A program made the translations under genes and the position numbers. Shown piece by piece: positions 36,477 to 46,568 of a stretch of 64,000 nt of DNA; the stretch's first letter is position 1; each line of letters begins with the position of its first letter. Below the pieces are notes generated by a model. That model was not told where the DNA came from, did not search any database, and saw only the letters and a list, made by a program, of their open reading frames with translations. The stretch comes from Candidatus Hydrogenedens sp. (GTDB lineage Bacteria > Hydrogenedentota > Hydrogenedentia > Hydrogenedentales > Hydrogenedentaceae), in contig JBMFRC010000001.1 of assembly GCA_049968235.1 (NCBI GenBank), positions 352,001-416,000 on the forward strand. The letters are read 5' to 3'.

Positions 36477-37475
36477 TTATACCCTTTCTATTAATAACGA
36501 AATATCTAACGCGGAAACAGAATGGGTTATCGCCCCTACGGAAATAATATGCACACCGGTTTCAGCCACAGGACGAACCCGCTCTAAATTTATATTTCCA
36601 CTTGCTTCCAGTAGTACCGGGTATCCTTTGGCTATCTTTACCGCCATCTTTATATCCTTTAACTCCATGTTATCCAGCAAAATAGCGTCTGCTCCTGCTT
36701 TTAACGATTCTTTAACCTGTTCCAGTGTGATTACTTCGACTTCTATCCGTTCCAGATGAGATATATGTTCACGAACTTTGCGGATTGCAGAGGCTATATC
36801 TCCTGATATTTCCAGATGATTCTCTTTAATTAATATACCATCCGACAGATTAAACCGATGCCGATGTCCACCTCCATGAACCACTGCATCAATCTCCATA
36901 GCACGGAGCAGGGGCATGGTCTTCCGTGTATGACAAATTCGCACAGGTAAATCTTTAACCCGTGATACAAATTTATGTGTAAGTGTTGCAATCCCTGAAA
37001 GATGCTTTAAAAAATTAAGGGATACACGTTCTGTAGTCAATACTGCACGCGCATTTCCTTCAAATGATGCAATAATTTGTCCTTTTCGTATATGGGTCCC
37101 ATCTGTAACTGACTCCCAATTTTCTATCTCCGCCTCATTAATTTCATACAACCGTCTGAATATTTCAATTCCACTAATAATTCCATCCGCCTTGGCAATT
37201 ACATTTACTTTACACCTCTTATCCGGGGGGACAATAGCATTCGTTGTTTTGTCTCCCAGTCCTATATCTTCCTGAAGTGTAAGATACAAAAGTTCATCTC
37301 TATCAATAGGACAAAACATCAGCATATATCCTGTTTCTATAAGGTTAATATCGGATTTTATTCCACTTAAATGTTCAATCATATCATAAAAAGATACATA
37401 TAATCGAATTATGTTTATCTCTTCTTCATCAACCTTGATTGAACAAAATACATCTATCCCATCGATATTCATCAA
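36477..37475 (-). CDS. nadC: Nicotinate-nucleotide (quinolinate) phosphoribosyltransferase, with apparent N-terminal extension
   Basis: LGDKTTNAIVP..., HTRKTMPLLR, GGGHRHRFNLSDGILIKENH and DNM motifs typical of NadC. The tracker ORF adds ~50 aa upstream of the likely start (MLMF...). Confidence 0.85.
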   Translation of the reverse strand: MMNIDGIDVFCSIKVDEEEINIIRLYVSFYDMIEHLSGIKSDINLIETGYMLMFCPIDRDELLYLTLQEDIGLGDKTTNAIVPPDKRCKVNVIAKADGIISGIEIFRRLYEINEAEIENWESVTDGTHIRKGQIIASFEGNARAVLTTERVSLNFLKHLSGIATLTHKFVSRVKDLPVRICHTRKTMPLLRAMEIDAVVHGGGHRHRFNLSDGILIKENHLEISGDIASAIRKVREHISHLERIEVEVITLEQVKESLKAGADAILLDNMELKDIKMAVKIAKGYPVLLEASGNINLERVRPVAETGVHIISVGAITHSVSALDISLLIERV

Positions 37476-37537
37476 AAATAATTGAGTTTTTCGACATATC
37501 TATCTATGGATTTTCCTGTATATGAACGGAATATATG

Positions 37538-39763
37538 TTAGAAACCCGGGTCGGGATTACTTTTTTCTTCGGGTGGCAGAAGTGGTGCGACTTCAGTCTC
37601 GGAGGGGGGGACGGGTTCTGTTGTAGTAGATGATGAGGGCTGGTTACTGTCAATCGGTTCCAGAAGTGTTTCTTCTGGAACGGTCTCTTCTGTCCGTCTG
37701 GAAACTGGATAATAAATAGGCGGGGCTGTCCCTTCGATATATGCCTCTGTGTAGGAACCACCGAGTGTACCTGTAATACGATTAATTTTGTAGAACTGCA
37801 CACCGGAAGGAACTGTAAAATCGCGTACAGGCAGGTCTTTTTCAGCGAACATCATGAAGTCAACCCAAATTGGGCATGCGAGCCTTCCTCCGGTATAATT
37901 TACTCCTCTACCTAAACTGCGATTGTCCTTATAACCGACCCATACAACAGTGGTAAAATCTGTGGTAAATCCACAAAACCAGGCATCACGGCTGTCATTG
38001 GTTGTTCCGGTTTTACCTCCTACAGGCCTTTTCAAGGCACTGGCACGATGCCCCGTCGGGTAATAGCCCAACGAAGAGTCGGGGGTGCATACTCCCTTCA
38101 ACATGTGCATGGTAACATACGCAACCTTCGGGTCAACAACCTGTTCTTTTTGTTGATACAGGCGATAATCATAAAGAAGCAACCCTTCCGCATCGCGAAT
38201 TTCTTTTATAAACACAGGGTAGAATTTTATTCCATTGTGAGCAAAGACGGAATAAGCAACAGTATGGCTGAGTGCAGTTACTTCTACTGTGCCAAGACCT
38301 AATGTTAAACCTACAGAGTTGCTAACTACGGTGTTCATTTCACATCGTTCAAAAAAGGTACGAACGAAAGGCAATCCCAACATATCCACCAGACGAATAG
38401 AAACAATATTTATGGATTTTTCGATAGCCTGTCGCAGGGGTATCGGACCACGAAAAGAACCATCAAAATTTTGAGGAGCCCAAACGCGTCCATTGGGCAT
38501 AACACGAACAAATGGGGAATCGTCAATAAGTGTTGATGGCGTCATTCCTGAGGCTATAGCGGACATCCATATAAAGGGTTTTACACTGGACCCGGGCTGT
38601 CGTTTCGCCTGTGTTGCAGTGTTATATTTTTCCTCTTCCCAATTTCTTCCACCCACAAGTGTGCGGACAAAGCCTTCATATCCCGGACGATTATCAATGC
38701 AAACCAATGCACCGGAAACAGGTATAAAATTCTTTGTTTCAAGACGCGGTTTATCAAATTTTGTCAAATGCTCTTCTAAAGTAGTTTCTGCTACTTTTTG
38801 CAAAGAATAATCGAGTGTTGTATATACACTTAGTCCCCCTTCAAACACTTCGCTTACAGAATATTTGGAAAGCAAGATTTTTCGGACCTCTTCGACAAAA
38901 TATGGCGCTTTTATACGATAAGGTTCGTAAATATCAATTCCTTCCTTTTTCAGTTGCTCTCTTTTTTCAGGTGTCATTACCCGTGAGGATAAATCTTCTG
39001 ATAAAGCCTTCTGATATTCCTCCTCAGTAATAAATCCCTCTTCACGCATTTGCTCCAATACAATGTTTCTGCGTTCAATTGCATTCTTTAAATGGTTAAT
39101 GGGTTCATTAACATTAGGAGCCCGAGTTAATCCGGCAAGAGTTGCTCCTTCACTCAGCGTTAAATTCTGCACACTTTTCCCAAAATATTGCCTTGAAGCA
39201 GACTCCACACCATAAGCATTAATCCCTAAAAAAACCTGATTCAGGTAAAGTTCTAATATTTCATCCTTTGTAAATTCCCGTTCCACCTGTAAAGCGACAA
39301 TAGCCTCTCGTATCTTCCTTTTTATAGACCGTTCTTGTCCAATACCTAATGTTTCTACATTCCGAACAACTTGCTGTGTAATGGTGCTACCTCCACGAAA
39401 ACGTCCTGTACGTAATCCATATAAAAAAGCGTTTATAATGGCATCCGGTCGGACACCTTTATGCGAATAGAATAAAGCATCTTCTGTAGCAATAAATGCT
39501 TTTTGCACATGAAGGGGTATCTGACTGAGAGGAACTAATTGTCTGTCTTCAATCGTAAATGTATACAGGAGTTCCCCTGTATCTGCATATATCTTCGTCC
39601 CCGTTTTCGGACGGAAAGTCTCTAAAGAAGAAATGACATTTTGAGCATCCTCCAATATCCACACAAATACCCCGAGAGCAGAGCCCCATAAGGCTCCGAC
39701 TACCAGCATGAAACTAAAAAATAGCCATGCACAACCGCGTCGGGGTGTAACTGTATACTCCAT
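37538..39763 (-). CDS. mrcA: Class A penicillin-binding protein (bifunctional transglycosylase/transpeptidase, PBP1A-type)
   Basis: Glycosyltransferase motifs EDxxFxxHxG (EDALFYSHKG), GGSTITQQ and RKxxE. Transpeptidase motifs SSVKP, SxN and KTG(T). N-terminal TM anchor. Low-complexity P/E/T-rich C-terminal tail. Confidence 0.85.
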   Translation of the reverse strand: MEYTVTPRRGCAWLFFSFMLVVGALWGSALGVFVWILEDAQNVISSLETFRPKTGTKIYADTGELLYTFTIEDRQLVPLSQIPLHVQKAFIATEDALFYSHKGVRPDAIINAFLYGLRTGRFRGGSTITQQVVRNVETLGIGQERSIKRKIREAIVALQVEREFTKDEILELYLNQVFLGINAYGVESASRQYFGKSVQNLTLSEGATLAGLTRAPNVNEPINHLKNAIERRNIVLEQMREEGFITEEEYQKALSEDLSSRVMTPEKREQLKKEGIDIYEPYRIKAPYFVEEVRKILLSKYSVSEVFEGGLSVYTTLDYSLQKVAETTLEEHLTKFDKPRLETKNFIPVSGALVCIDNRPGYEGFVRTLVGGRNWEEEKYNTATQAKRQPGSSVKPFIWMSAIASGMTPSTLIDDSPFVRVMPNGRVWAPQNFDGSFRGPIPLRQAIEKSINIVSIRLVDMLGLPFVRTFFERCEMNTVVSNSVGLTLGLGTVEVTALSHTVAYSVFAHNGIKFYPVFIKEIRDAEGLLLYDYRLYQQKEQVVDPKVAYVTMHMLKGVCTPDSSLGYYPTGHRASALKRPVGGKTGTTNDSRDAWFCGFTTDFTTVVWVGYKDNRSLGRGVNYTGGRLACPIWVDFMMFAEKDLPVRDFTVPSGVQFYKINRITGTLGGSYTEAYIEGTAPPIYYPVSRRTEETVPEETLLEPIDSNQPSSSTTTEPVPPSETEVAPLLPPEEKSNPDPGF

Positions 39764-39772
39764 CCTATAATC

Positions 39773-40168
39773 CTACAAAGTTATCTTTTCCGTTACAAAT
39801 AACTGGCTAATTATAAATGAAACGCATATTACTAAAATAACGCCTATCAGGGAACCCACTAAATTTGCAAGAGAATCCCGTAAATCGAAAGAACGTGTCG
39901 GTACAAAAATCTGGCATATTTCCATGAAAAAGCCATAAACAAAAGATATACCGACAGAGGTAAAAATAAGGGTCTTGTTTGAATATCTATGCTCGCTTCG
40001 CATCATTCCCACAGATATAAGGATTGATAAAATCCCATATAGTATCACATGCAACACTTTATCTTGATAAGGAAACCAATCCGGTGTTGTTTGTGTTATC
40101 GGTTGGATGGATAACCAGAAAACAAACATAGCATATAGGATTGTTATAAATAAATACTTTTTTTTCAC
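39773..40168 (-). CDS. VanZ-like family membrane protein
   Basis: 131 aa, 4 TM helices. The conserved pattern ...DKVLHVILYGILS...FMEICQIFVPTRSFDLRD is characteristic of VanZ-like proteins. Confidence 0.65.
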   Translation of the reverse strand: MKKKYLFITILYAMFVFWLSIQPITQTTPDWFPYQDKVLHVILYGILSILISVGMMRSEHRYSNKTLIFTSVGISFVYGFFMEICQIFVPTRSFDLRDSLANLVGSLIGVILVICVSFIISQLFVTEKITL

Positions 40169-40170
40169 AT

Positions 40171-41760
40171 TTAGTTCCCTTTTGTTTCAATAGAAATGTG
40201 CCCTTCTACAGACATATCGGGATTATTGGGGGAAGGGGAATGAAATCCGGAGGAAAAATTACTTCCTTGCTGAATGGAAGCATTTTGCATGTCTACAGGT
40301 ATAGAATCATATCCTGCTGTCTTTCCTTTTATTACAAAAGAAGGGGGTAATCTTTCTGGTAAAATTGTTATTACAGCCGGATAGCCTCCATCAATTGGTG
40401 CACGAACAACAGGTGCTTCACGAACTGTTAAATATCCCGTCTCATCCATAAAAAAAGTAAGCGTGGTATCTCTGCCCTCAGAAAGCAAATCTGCAAGAAG
40501 GAGATATACATCGGGTACGAAATATTGTCGAATTTTCAGTAAATCCCCTGCTATTTGAATTACTTTTTCTGTGTTGAGGACCCAGAGATATGCAGATAAA
40601 GGCAATAGTTCATTCGGATTATTAAAATAAACTTCCGGAGGAATCATAGGTCGGGTATAGTTATAACTTCGGGTTTTAGCACTCATAAGCAGGGTATTTC
40701 GTCGGAATAACAATTCGGGACGAAGGCGAAACTGAACATATTGTATGGCTCGTATTACCTGCATTACTGCCTGCATGGAAAATTCAGGTGCTATTTGTGT
40801 CCCATATTTCACGGGAAACTCCATCGGATTACTCCTAACTTCCATCGGTAAAAATGGCAAGTCTGTAACAATTCCATATTGTAATGGAACAAATAATTGA
40901 GTAGCAGAGATACCCACCCTCTCCGGAATAATAATCATTCTTATATTATGTAATTTAGGTGGAAAACAGGAGAAGATGCTTCGCAAACTATGATAATGAG
41001 ACTCCGACAAAACCCCACCATCAAAGACTAAGATATAAAATTCATTGAAGAAACTTTTCATAGGTTCGGGTAGTTGCACATCATTGATAAACTTATTTGA
41101 CGGTAGATAGGTTGATAGAACCATGCATAGGTATATAAGGGATTCATATATATGTGCTAAAACATGGGGAGAGGGCATCTCTCCTGTGGACAAAAATTGC
41201 TGAACGGAAACATTCCATATTTGTTCCAGATGAACCGGTGTCTTTTTTAATTCTGAATCTATCATTTCTGTTAATTGAATAATCTGTGCATCTTTTAAGT
41301 TATCTATTCCCTTTAATAAAAATTGAGAAGATAAGGAAATTGATGGGAGGTCTGGAACTTGCTTTTGAACTTCTCTAAGCAGAGCTTGGGTAGCAAATAC
41401 CGACGCATACATCAGTAAATCACCCTGAAATTCAGGTGTCTGGCGAATCATTGCATCCCATACCTGCAAATGAGCAAGTGAAAATGTATGTGCTTCAAAA
41501 TATGCGGAAATTTGTTTTCTCCACATTTCTAATGTAAATTCTTTTGCAATTAATTTTTCCTTCAATGTTTGCCAGAATACTTCCCACTCGGCAGTATTCG
41601 GTTCAGGCGGTGAAAAAGTCTCTGATGTAGATATGTTTGATTGTGACAAAGGCAATGAGTTTCCAGAATTATCATCAGTAAACACTTGCTCTGCAAACAA
41701 GAACAATATACAAAAAGAAATTAAAAAACTATCGAGGTAGAAAATTTTTTTTCTTAACAT
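40171..41760 (-). CDS. Secreted hypothetical protein (529 aa)
   Basis: Signal peptide. No recognisable catalytic motif. Tightly packed between the VanZ-like gene and the upstream membrane protein. Confidence 0.45.
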   Translation of the reverse strand: MLRKKIFYLDSFLISFCILFLFAEQVFTDDNSGNSLPLSQSNISTSETFSPPEPNTAEWEVFWQTLKEKLIAKEFTLEMWRKQISAYFEAHTFSLAHLQVWDAMIRQTPEFQGDLLMYASVFATQALLREVQKQVPDLPSISLSSQFLLKGIDNLKDAQIIQLTEMIDSELKKTPVHLEQIWNVSVQQFLSTGEMPSPHVLAHIYESLIYLCMVLSTYLPSNKFINDVQLPEPMKSFFNEFYILVFDGGVLSESHYHSLRSIFSCFPPKLHNIRMIIIPERVGISATQLFVPLQYGIVTDLPFLPMEVRSNPMEFPVKYGTQIAPEFSMQAVMQVIRAIQYVQFRLRPELLFRRNTLLMSAKTRSYNYTRPMIPPEVYFNNPNELLPLSAYLWVLNTEKVIQIAGDLLKIRQYFVPDVYLLLADLLSEGRDTTLTFFMDETGYLTVREAPVVRAPIDGGYPAVITILPERLPPSFVIKGKTAGYDSIPVDMQNASIQQGSNFSSGFHSPSPNNPDMSVEGHISIETKGN

Positions 41761-41798
41761 ATCACATCATCTAAACATTCACTTTTTGGTTTATAACA

Positions 41799-43523
41799 TT
41801 ATTGAGATTCAGGGACAGCAAATAATTTTGTGCTACCTTTATTAAAAATTAGTGGAAATTTATCAGGCAATTGAATACTCTTATGAAAAGTTTCCTGCTC
41901 ATACGGTCCATCTATAATATATCTCACTTTATATTTTTTTAATATTTCTTCCATAGTATATGAATCTCCACAGGTATAAAAACGGAATACATCCTCCGTT
42001 TTTTGGACATAATCTTTCGTAAGCATGAAATGCCCTGTAACTGTCCGGCAGGGAGTAAATGCAAAAATAAACTGGGATGTTTTAGGTGATGCTATAACCA
42101 CATCATTCTCTTTTCCATTCCTTTTTAAATACTCCAATGCGGAATTTTCATCTATGGATAAGAAATAAGCCCATTGGGGATGCCCATATTTCAAATCGTA
42201 AAACATGGAGTAATATACAAAAACAGTGGTAGGGACGGACAACAGAATTATCAGGATAGTAAGTAAGAACTGTCGTGCAAATAGAAAAGAAAAAATACGA
42301 ATTACCTTATTTTCAGTGATGGTATGTTGTGTAATGTAATTATTTATCCATTCGTAGGGACCTATCATAGTTAATATAGGTGGAACAAGGATGAAGGCAT
42401 ATAATCCCGATTCCTGACCTGCTTTCCAATAGGGATAAAGATTACAAATCCCCCATGCTACCATTATCCAAACAAAGATTATTAAAAAACGAACCTGTTC
42501 CTGACACTTTTTTACAAGATATACAAAAAATATCATGCAAACCAACCATGTCCAGCCGATACCCAAAACATATTCAATTAAAAACCCGGGCTTGCCCATA
42601 AATTGATAATTTGCAGACCAACCTGACATACCTAACGCATCAGAAAGGGATATCCAGAGATAATACAGAATCGCAGGAGCATGGATTCCAGCAGGGATAG
42701 CACATAAATAGAACCATTTCCTCTCAAACTTCCTTTGTATAGAACAAAATAAAATCGGGATTAGTGTAAACATAATATAGGATTCAGGTATCAGGTAAGG
42801 ACGCATCAATGAGTGGAGTAAAGCCATTATGCCACACAGAACGAAATATATCGTTTTTCCTGTCTGAAAACCGCGTATAAGGAATGCGTACATCAGAACA
42901 GATAGTGTTATGGAACGAATAAAATGAGGCTTACAAACAAGATAACTAAATATCTGAATCCCTTCCATATCCCATGAAAGAGGTAAGGATAAATGAAGGT
43001 ATTGGTTCAACAATTCCACGAACCAACCAAAGCCTGAACCCAAAGTAATGAGAAGTAATACAAATCTTCTCTGATAAATGCTCTCGAAAAATATAGCGAG
43101 AAAATAATATAAAGAAAATAGAAATAAAAATACAGATAGGCATCTATCGATATGAAAAAAGTTAATCACAGAGATATGGAGAAGCCGTGCGGTCCTTCCT
43201 AATAACCACCATTCTACATTGAAATACGAATCTGGGGGAGAATATGGCGTGCATTGATTGGTAAACCACCATTTCCCTTCCCACGCCTGACGCTGGAACA
43301 TGATATATCCCAACGAACCCGCAGTGCCTCTGCCCACTATGCCCATGAAAACACCTTTCTCTCCTTCAAGGTATTTCCCATATAAATATGGGAAGGTGCC
43401 TATAATGCAAACAACAATACCGAATAGGAGGGGGAACCAAAACTCTCGTCTTGCAATTGGAGGACAGTAAGTAAAATTTTTTATTGGTTGAGTGGTATCC
43501 GTAAAAGAGTCCCCCTTTCCCAT
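41799..43523 (-). CDS. Large polytopic membrane protein (possible GT-C-like lipid/glycan transferase), start coupled to the sulfatase-family gene stop
   Basis: 574 aa with 12 or more TM helices and short loops. Overlaps the upstream sulfatase-domain gene at 43523. The architecture resembles the membrane half of EptA/LtaS/ArnT-like enzymes. Confidence 0.45.
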   Translation of the reverse strand: MGKGDSFTDTTQPIKNFTYCPPIARREFWFPLLFGIVVCIIGTFPYLYGKYLEGEKGVFMGIVGRGTAGSLGYIMFQRQAWEGKWWFTNQCTPYSPPDSYFNVEWWLLGRTARLLHISVINFFHIDRCLSVFLFLFSLYYFLAIFFESIYQRRFVLLLITLGSGFGWFVELLNQYLHLSLPLSWDMEGIQIFSYLVCKPHFIRSITLSVLMYAFLIRGFQTGKTIYFVLCGIMALLHSLMRPYLIPESYIMFTLIPILFCSIQRKFERKWFYLCAIPAGIHAPAILYYLWISLSDALGMSGWSANYQFMGKPGFLIEYVLGIGWTWLVCMIFFVYLVKKCQEQVRFLIIFVWIMVAWGICNLYPYWKAGQESGLYAFILVPPILTMIGPYEWINNYITQHTITENKVIRIFSFLFARQFLLTILIILLSVPTTVFVYYSMFYDLKYGHPQWAYFLSIDENSALEYLKRNGKENDVVIASPKTSQFIFAFTPCRTVTGHFMLTKDYVQKTEDVFRFYTCGDSYTMEEILKKYKVRYIIDGPYEQETFHKSIQLPDKFPLIFNKGSTKLFAVPESQ

Positions 43524-45064
43524 TAAAAATAACCTCCACTGGTAATTTTTTCTTTCTCTTCAGAGGACATCTCTTCTTTTTGCCTTTCTTGAGGAGGGTT
43601 TATTTCCAATTTCTCTTTATCTGTTTTCATAACAGGTCGGGAAGAACACCATTTCTTCCATTCTTGATTAAAATAATTCCACATCTCTGTATGCTGTGTT
43701 TTATCGACACTTTTTTGTGGAAATCCTTTCTCATTCGGAGTTAATAATTCTTCAAATTCAGGTTCCGCACAAAACGAACAGGGTTGCCGTTTCCCATTTA
43801 TATATTCTTCACGGAGTTGCTTTTGCTTCTGAGCATACTCGGAACATTCCTGCCATGTAAGCCATTGCTGCCAATTTAGATATTGCCATCCCTTTTTAAT
43901 TAATGACCGACCTATGGTTCGCGAGGGAAGATATAACTCTGAAAAGATGATTCGCTCCTGGGGCAGTTTCTTTTTTTCACCCTTCCACCAATCGAGTAAA
44001 GGTAAAGCAATTCCATCCCATTGGGGGTCTGTCCATGTTATTCCGAGAAACATCAAAAGTGTCGGGAACATATCTACCAGAGATACCTCTTCGTCTATCC
44101 TCCGCATTTGTGAGTTTATATAAGGAGCATGAATAATAAGTGGAACATGTATAGTCTCAAGATACAGTCGCCAGGCATGCTCAAGAAAACCGTGGTCTAA
44201 AAATTCTTCTCCATGGTCTGCAGTAAACAACCAGATAGCATTTCGATTTGCCCGTAGTTTCTTTAATGAATTATAGAGTGTCTTTATACAATCATCTGTA
44301 AGTGCAATTTCTGCGTCATAACGAAGGACAAGGTCTTCAAAACGAACATCACCGGGACCAAACCCCTGTTGAACTAACTCGGGCAAATGAAAACGAATTT
44401 CATCATATAAACGAAGAGGTTTCGAATAAATTCTATCCTCAAATCGGAGATAGTAAGAAGGAGGAGGGTCATAAGGTTCGTGGGGGTCATAAATATGAAC
44501 ATACATAAAAAGAGGCTTATTGTTATCTAAGGTATTTATGTATTTTAAAATTTCCTCCACAAGTTTAACCCCATTTCCACTGATACCAAACTGCCTTGTT
44601 AGCACTTTTATATAATCAAAACCTTTCCCGAACATTTGTTCTTCCAGTGCAGGATGGTCTGTAAAAAGTAACATTGTATAACCTTGATTTTTGAGAATCT
44701 CAGACAGTGTTGTAACTGATGGGTCAATTTGTGCTCGCCAGCCTGTACTCCATGGAGTAGAAGATGGGTAGCGTCCCATTAAAATAGCACTCACACTTTC
44801 ACATGTATATGTCGAAGCGGAATAGGCTTTTTCAAAGATAAGGCTTTGTTGAGCAATTTCATCTATAAACGGACTGGTATTACGATGATACCCGTAAACT
44901 CCTAAATGGTCTGCACGAAGAGAATCGACCACGATAAAAAATATATCCGGCGATACAGTGCCATTATTTATATTCGATGAAAGAGGCGCATCCGCTCTAC
45001 TACATTCAAAGCAAAAAAAAGAAAGGAACAAAATTAAAACCATGCTTTTTATGCTTGCAGACAT
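43523..45064 (-). CDS. Sulfatase-family (alkaline-phosphatase superfamily) secreted protein. A Cys is present but the FGly CxPxR motif is absent.
   Basis: Signal peptide. FIVVDSLRADHLGVYGY (metal-binding Asp pair) and ...TCESVSAILMGRYP at the sulfatase nucleophile position, but it lacks the P and R of C-x-P-x-R. ...FTADHGEEF (DHG motif). Confidence 0.65.
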   Translation of the reverse strand: MSASIKSMVLILFLSFFCFECSRADAPLSSNINNGTVSPDIFFIVVDSLRADHLGVYGYHRNTSPFIDEIAQQSLIFEKAYSASTYTCESVSAILMGRYPSSTPWSTGWRAQIDPSVTTLSEILKNQGYTMLLFTDHPALEEQMFGKGFDYIKVLTRQFGISGNGVKLVEEILKYINTLDNNKPLFMYVHIYDPHEPYDPPPSYYLRFEDRIYSKPLRLYDEIRFHLPELVQQGFGPGDVRFEDLVLRYDAEIALTDDCIKTLYNSLKKLRANRNAIWLFTADHGEEFLDHGFLEHAWRLYLETIHVPLIIHAPYINSQMRRIDEEVSLVDMFPTLLMFLGITWTDPQWDGIALPLLDWWKGEKKKLPQERIIFSELYLPSRTIGRSLIKKGWQYLNWQQWLTWQECSEYAQKQKQLREEYINGKRQPCSFCAEPEFEELLTPNEKGFPQKSVDKTQHTEMWNYFNQEWKKWCSSRPVMKTDKEKLEINPPQERQKEEMSSEEKEKITSGGYF

Positions 45065-45205
45065 TGTTATTCACTTATATTATTATATTAAATGAGTTCA
45101 TACTTGAAATTTACTTTATCGTATTAGTATACAAAATTGAAGGATATGTATTAATACTGTAAGGCAAGAATTCATAATAAAGTTGAAAATAATTCTGTGG
45201 GGGAA

Positions 45206-46276
45206 TTATGCACGATATAAAGAATGTCCAATACCCATTGCTTCGCGAACGGATTCCACCGTTCTCAATGCAACAGGAGTAACTTTTTGGGCATTAGCAC
45301 GAAGGAAAGATTCTATATAATCCTGATTATTATCGGGTTGATTGTATTTTTCAATAATGGGCGCATTAAATTCTGATACCAATCGAGCAACTTCTTGCTT
45401 TAATTTCCCATAAAACTTCTCGCCATTCCGATATTTTTGAACAAAATCTAAATATAAATGTTCGGGAGCCAGTAAGGAAAGGAGTCTGTATAAAACACCG
45501 ACCCCCGCTGGCATATGAGGAATAATAGCATCCGGGTCATTACTTTCTACAGGTAAGGGTAAGGGGTCTGTTGATGTCTCCACAGCACGAATTTTCTTTA
45601 ATACAGTCTCCGGGTCATCCAACAAATCTAAAGTATTGTTTTCACTCTTACCCATTTTGGAAGCGCCATCCAAACCGGGAAGTCGAAGTGCTTCTCTGCC
45701 CACTGCCTGAGGTACATGAAGTGTCTCACCAAAACGACTATTAAACCGCTGGGCAATATCAATCGCCATCTCTACATGCTGACGCTGGTCGTCGCCTACA
45801 GGAACTTTATCCGCCTGCACTATTAAAATATCTGCTGCCATTAGAACCGGATAACCTAACAGTCCGTAGGAAAGAGGATTCCCATCGATTCTGGCATCTT
45901 CCTGTAGTTTCGACATTTTATCTTTGTAGGTGGTTCCGCGTTCTAAAAAACCAATATTTGTAATCATCCCCAGTAATAAAGTTAACTCCGCGGTACAAGG
46001 CAAATCACTTTGCCGGTAGATAATAGATTTGTTCGGGTCTAAACCACAGGCAACATAAGTTCGGAGCATATCAATTGTATTCTGATAGATATTCTCTCGC
46101 GTGGTAATTGTCGTTAGAGCATGATAATCTGCAACAAAATAATAACATGTAGATGTGTCTAATTCCTGAAGTTTTAAAAAATGTCGAATAGCACCAAAAT
46201 AGTTCCCGTAATGTAATCTACCTGTAGGACGAATTCCAGATAAAATAACTTCTCTTTTCTTCAATTGTTCAACCAT
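45206..46276 (-). CDS. trpS: Tryptophanyl-tRNA synthetase
   Basis: Class I motifs: HIGH-type LHYGNY and KMSKS-type KMGKS. Size 356 aa. Internal blocks (YPVLMAADIL, VPVGDDQRQH) match TrpRS. Confidence 0.85.
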   Translation of the reverse strand: MVEQLKKREVILSGIRPTGRLHYGNYFGAIRHFLKLQELDTSTCYYFVADYHALTTITTRENIYQNTIDMLRTYVACGLDPNKSIIYRQSDLPCTAELTLLLGMITNIGFLERGTTYKDKMSKLQEDARIDGNPLSYGLLGYPVLMAADILIVQADKVPVGDDQRQHVEMAIDIAQRFNSRFGETLHVPQAVGREALRLPGLDGASKMGKSENNTLDLLDDPETVLKKIRAVETSTDPLPLPVESNDPDAIIPHMPAGVGVLYRLLSLLAPEHLYLDFVQKYRNGEKFYGKLKQEVARLVSEFNAPIIEKYNQPDNNQDYIESFLRANAQKVTPVALRTVESVREAMGIGHSLYRA

Positions 46277-46568
46277 AGTAAAACCTCTCTTACATGTTTT
46301 ACAAAGAATATGGGATAAAATGTGTAATATTGGAACTAATATTATATAAAAAATAATTATCGATACTCTAATAGAGGTATGTAAATACTGTATTTTTTGT
46401 GGTGATTTATTTTAATTAAGGTTAAATATACGATTTAGAGGGGATTTGCATTTTGATTTTTAGATTTGTTAAATATTAGAATATGTTATATAACGAACGG
46501 TAAGTAGAACATTAAAGTAAAAATAATTATAAAAAAATTAAACCAAAAACCTATTGGAGGATTTCAAT

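Noticed and set aside
37504-37803. 99-aa ORF overlapping the 3' end of the PBP gene
   Set aside because: Overlaps the low-complexity P/E/T tail of the PBP in another frame. No independent support.
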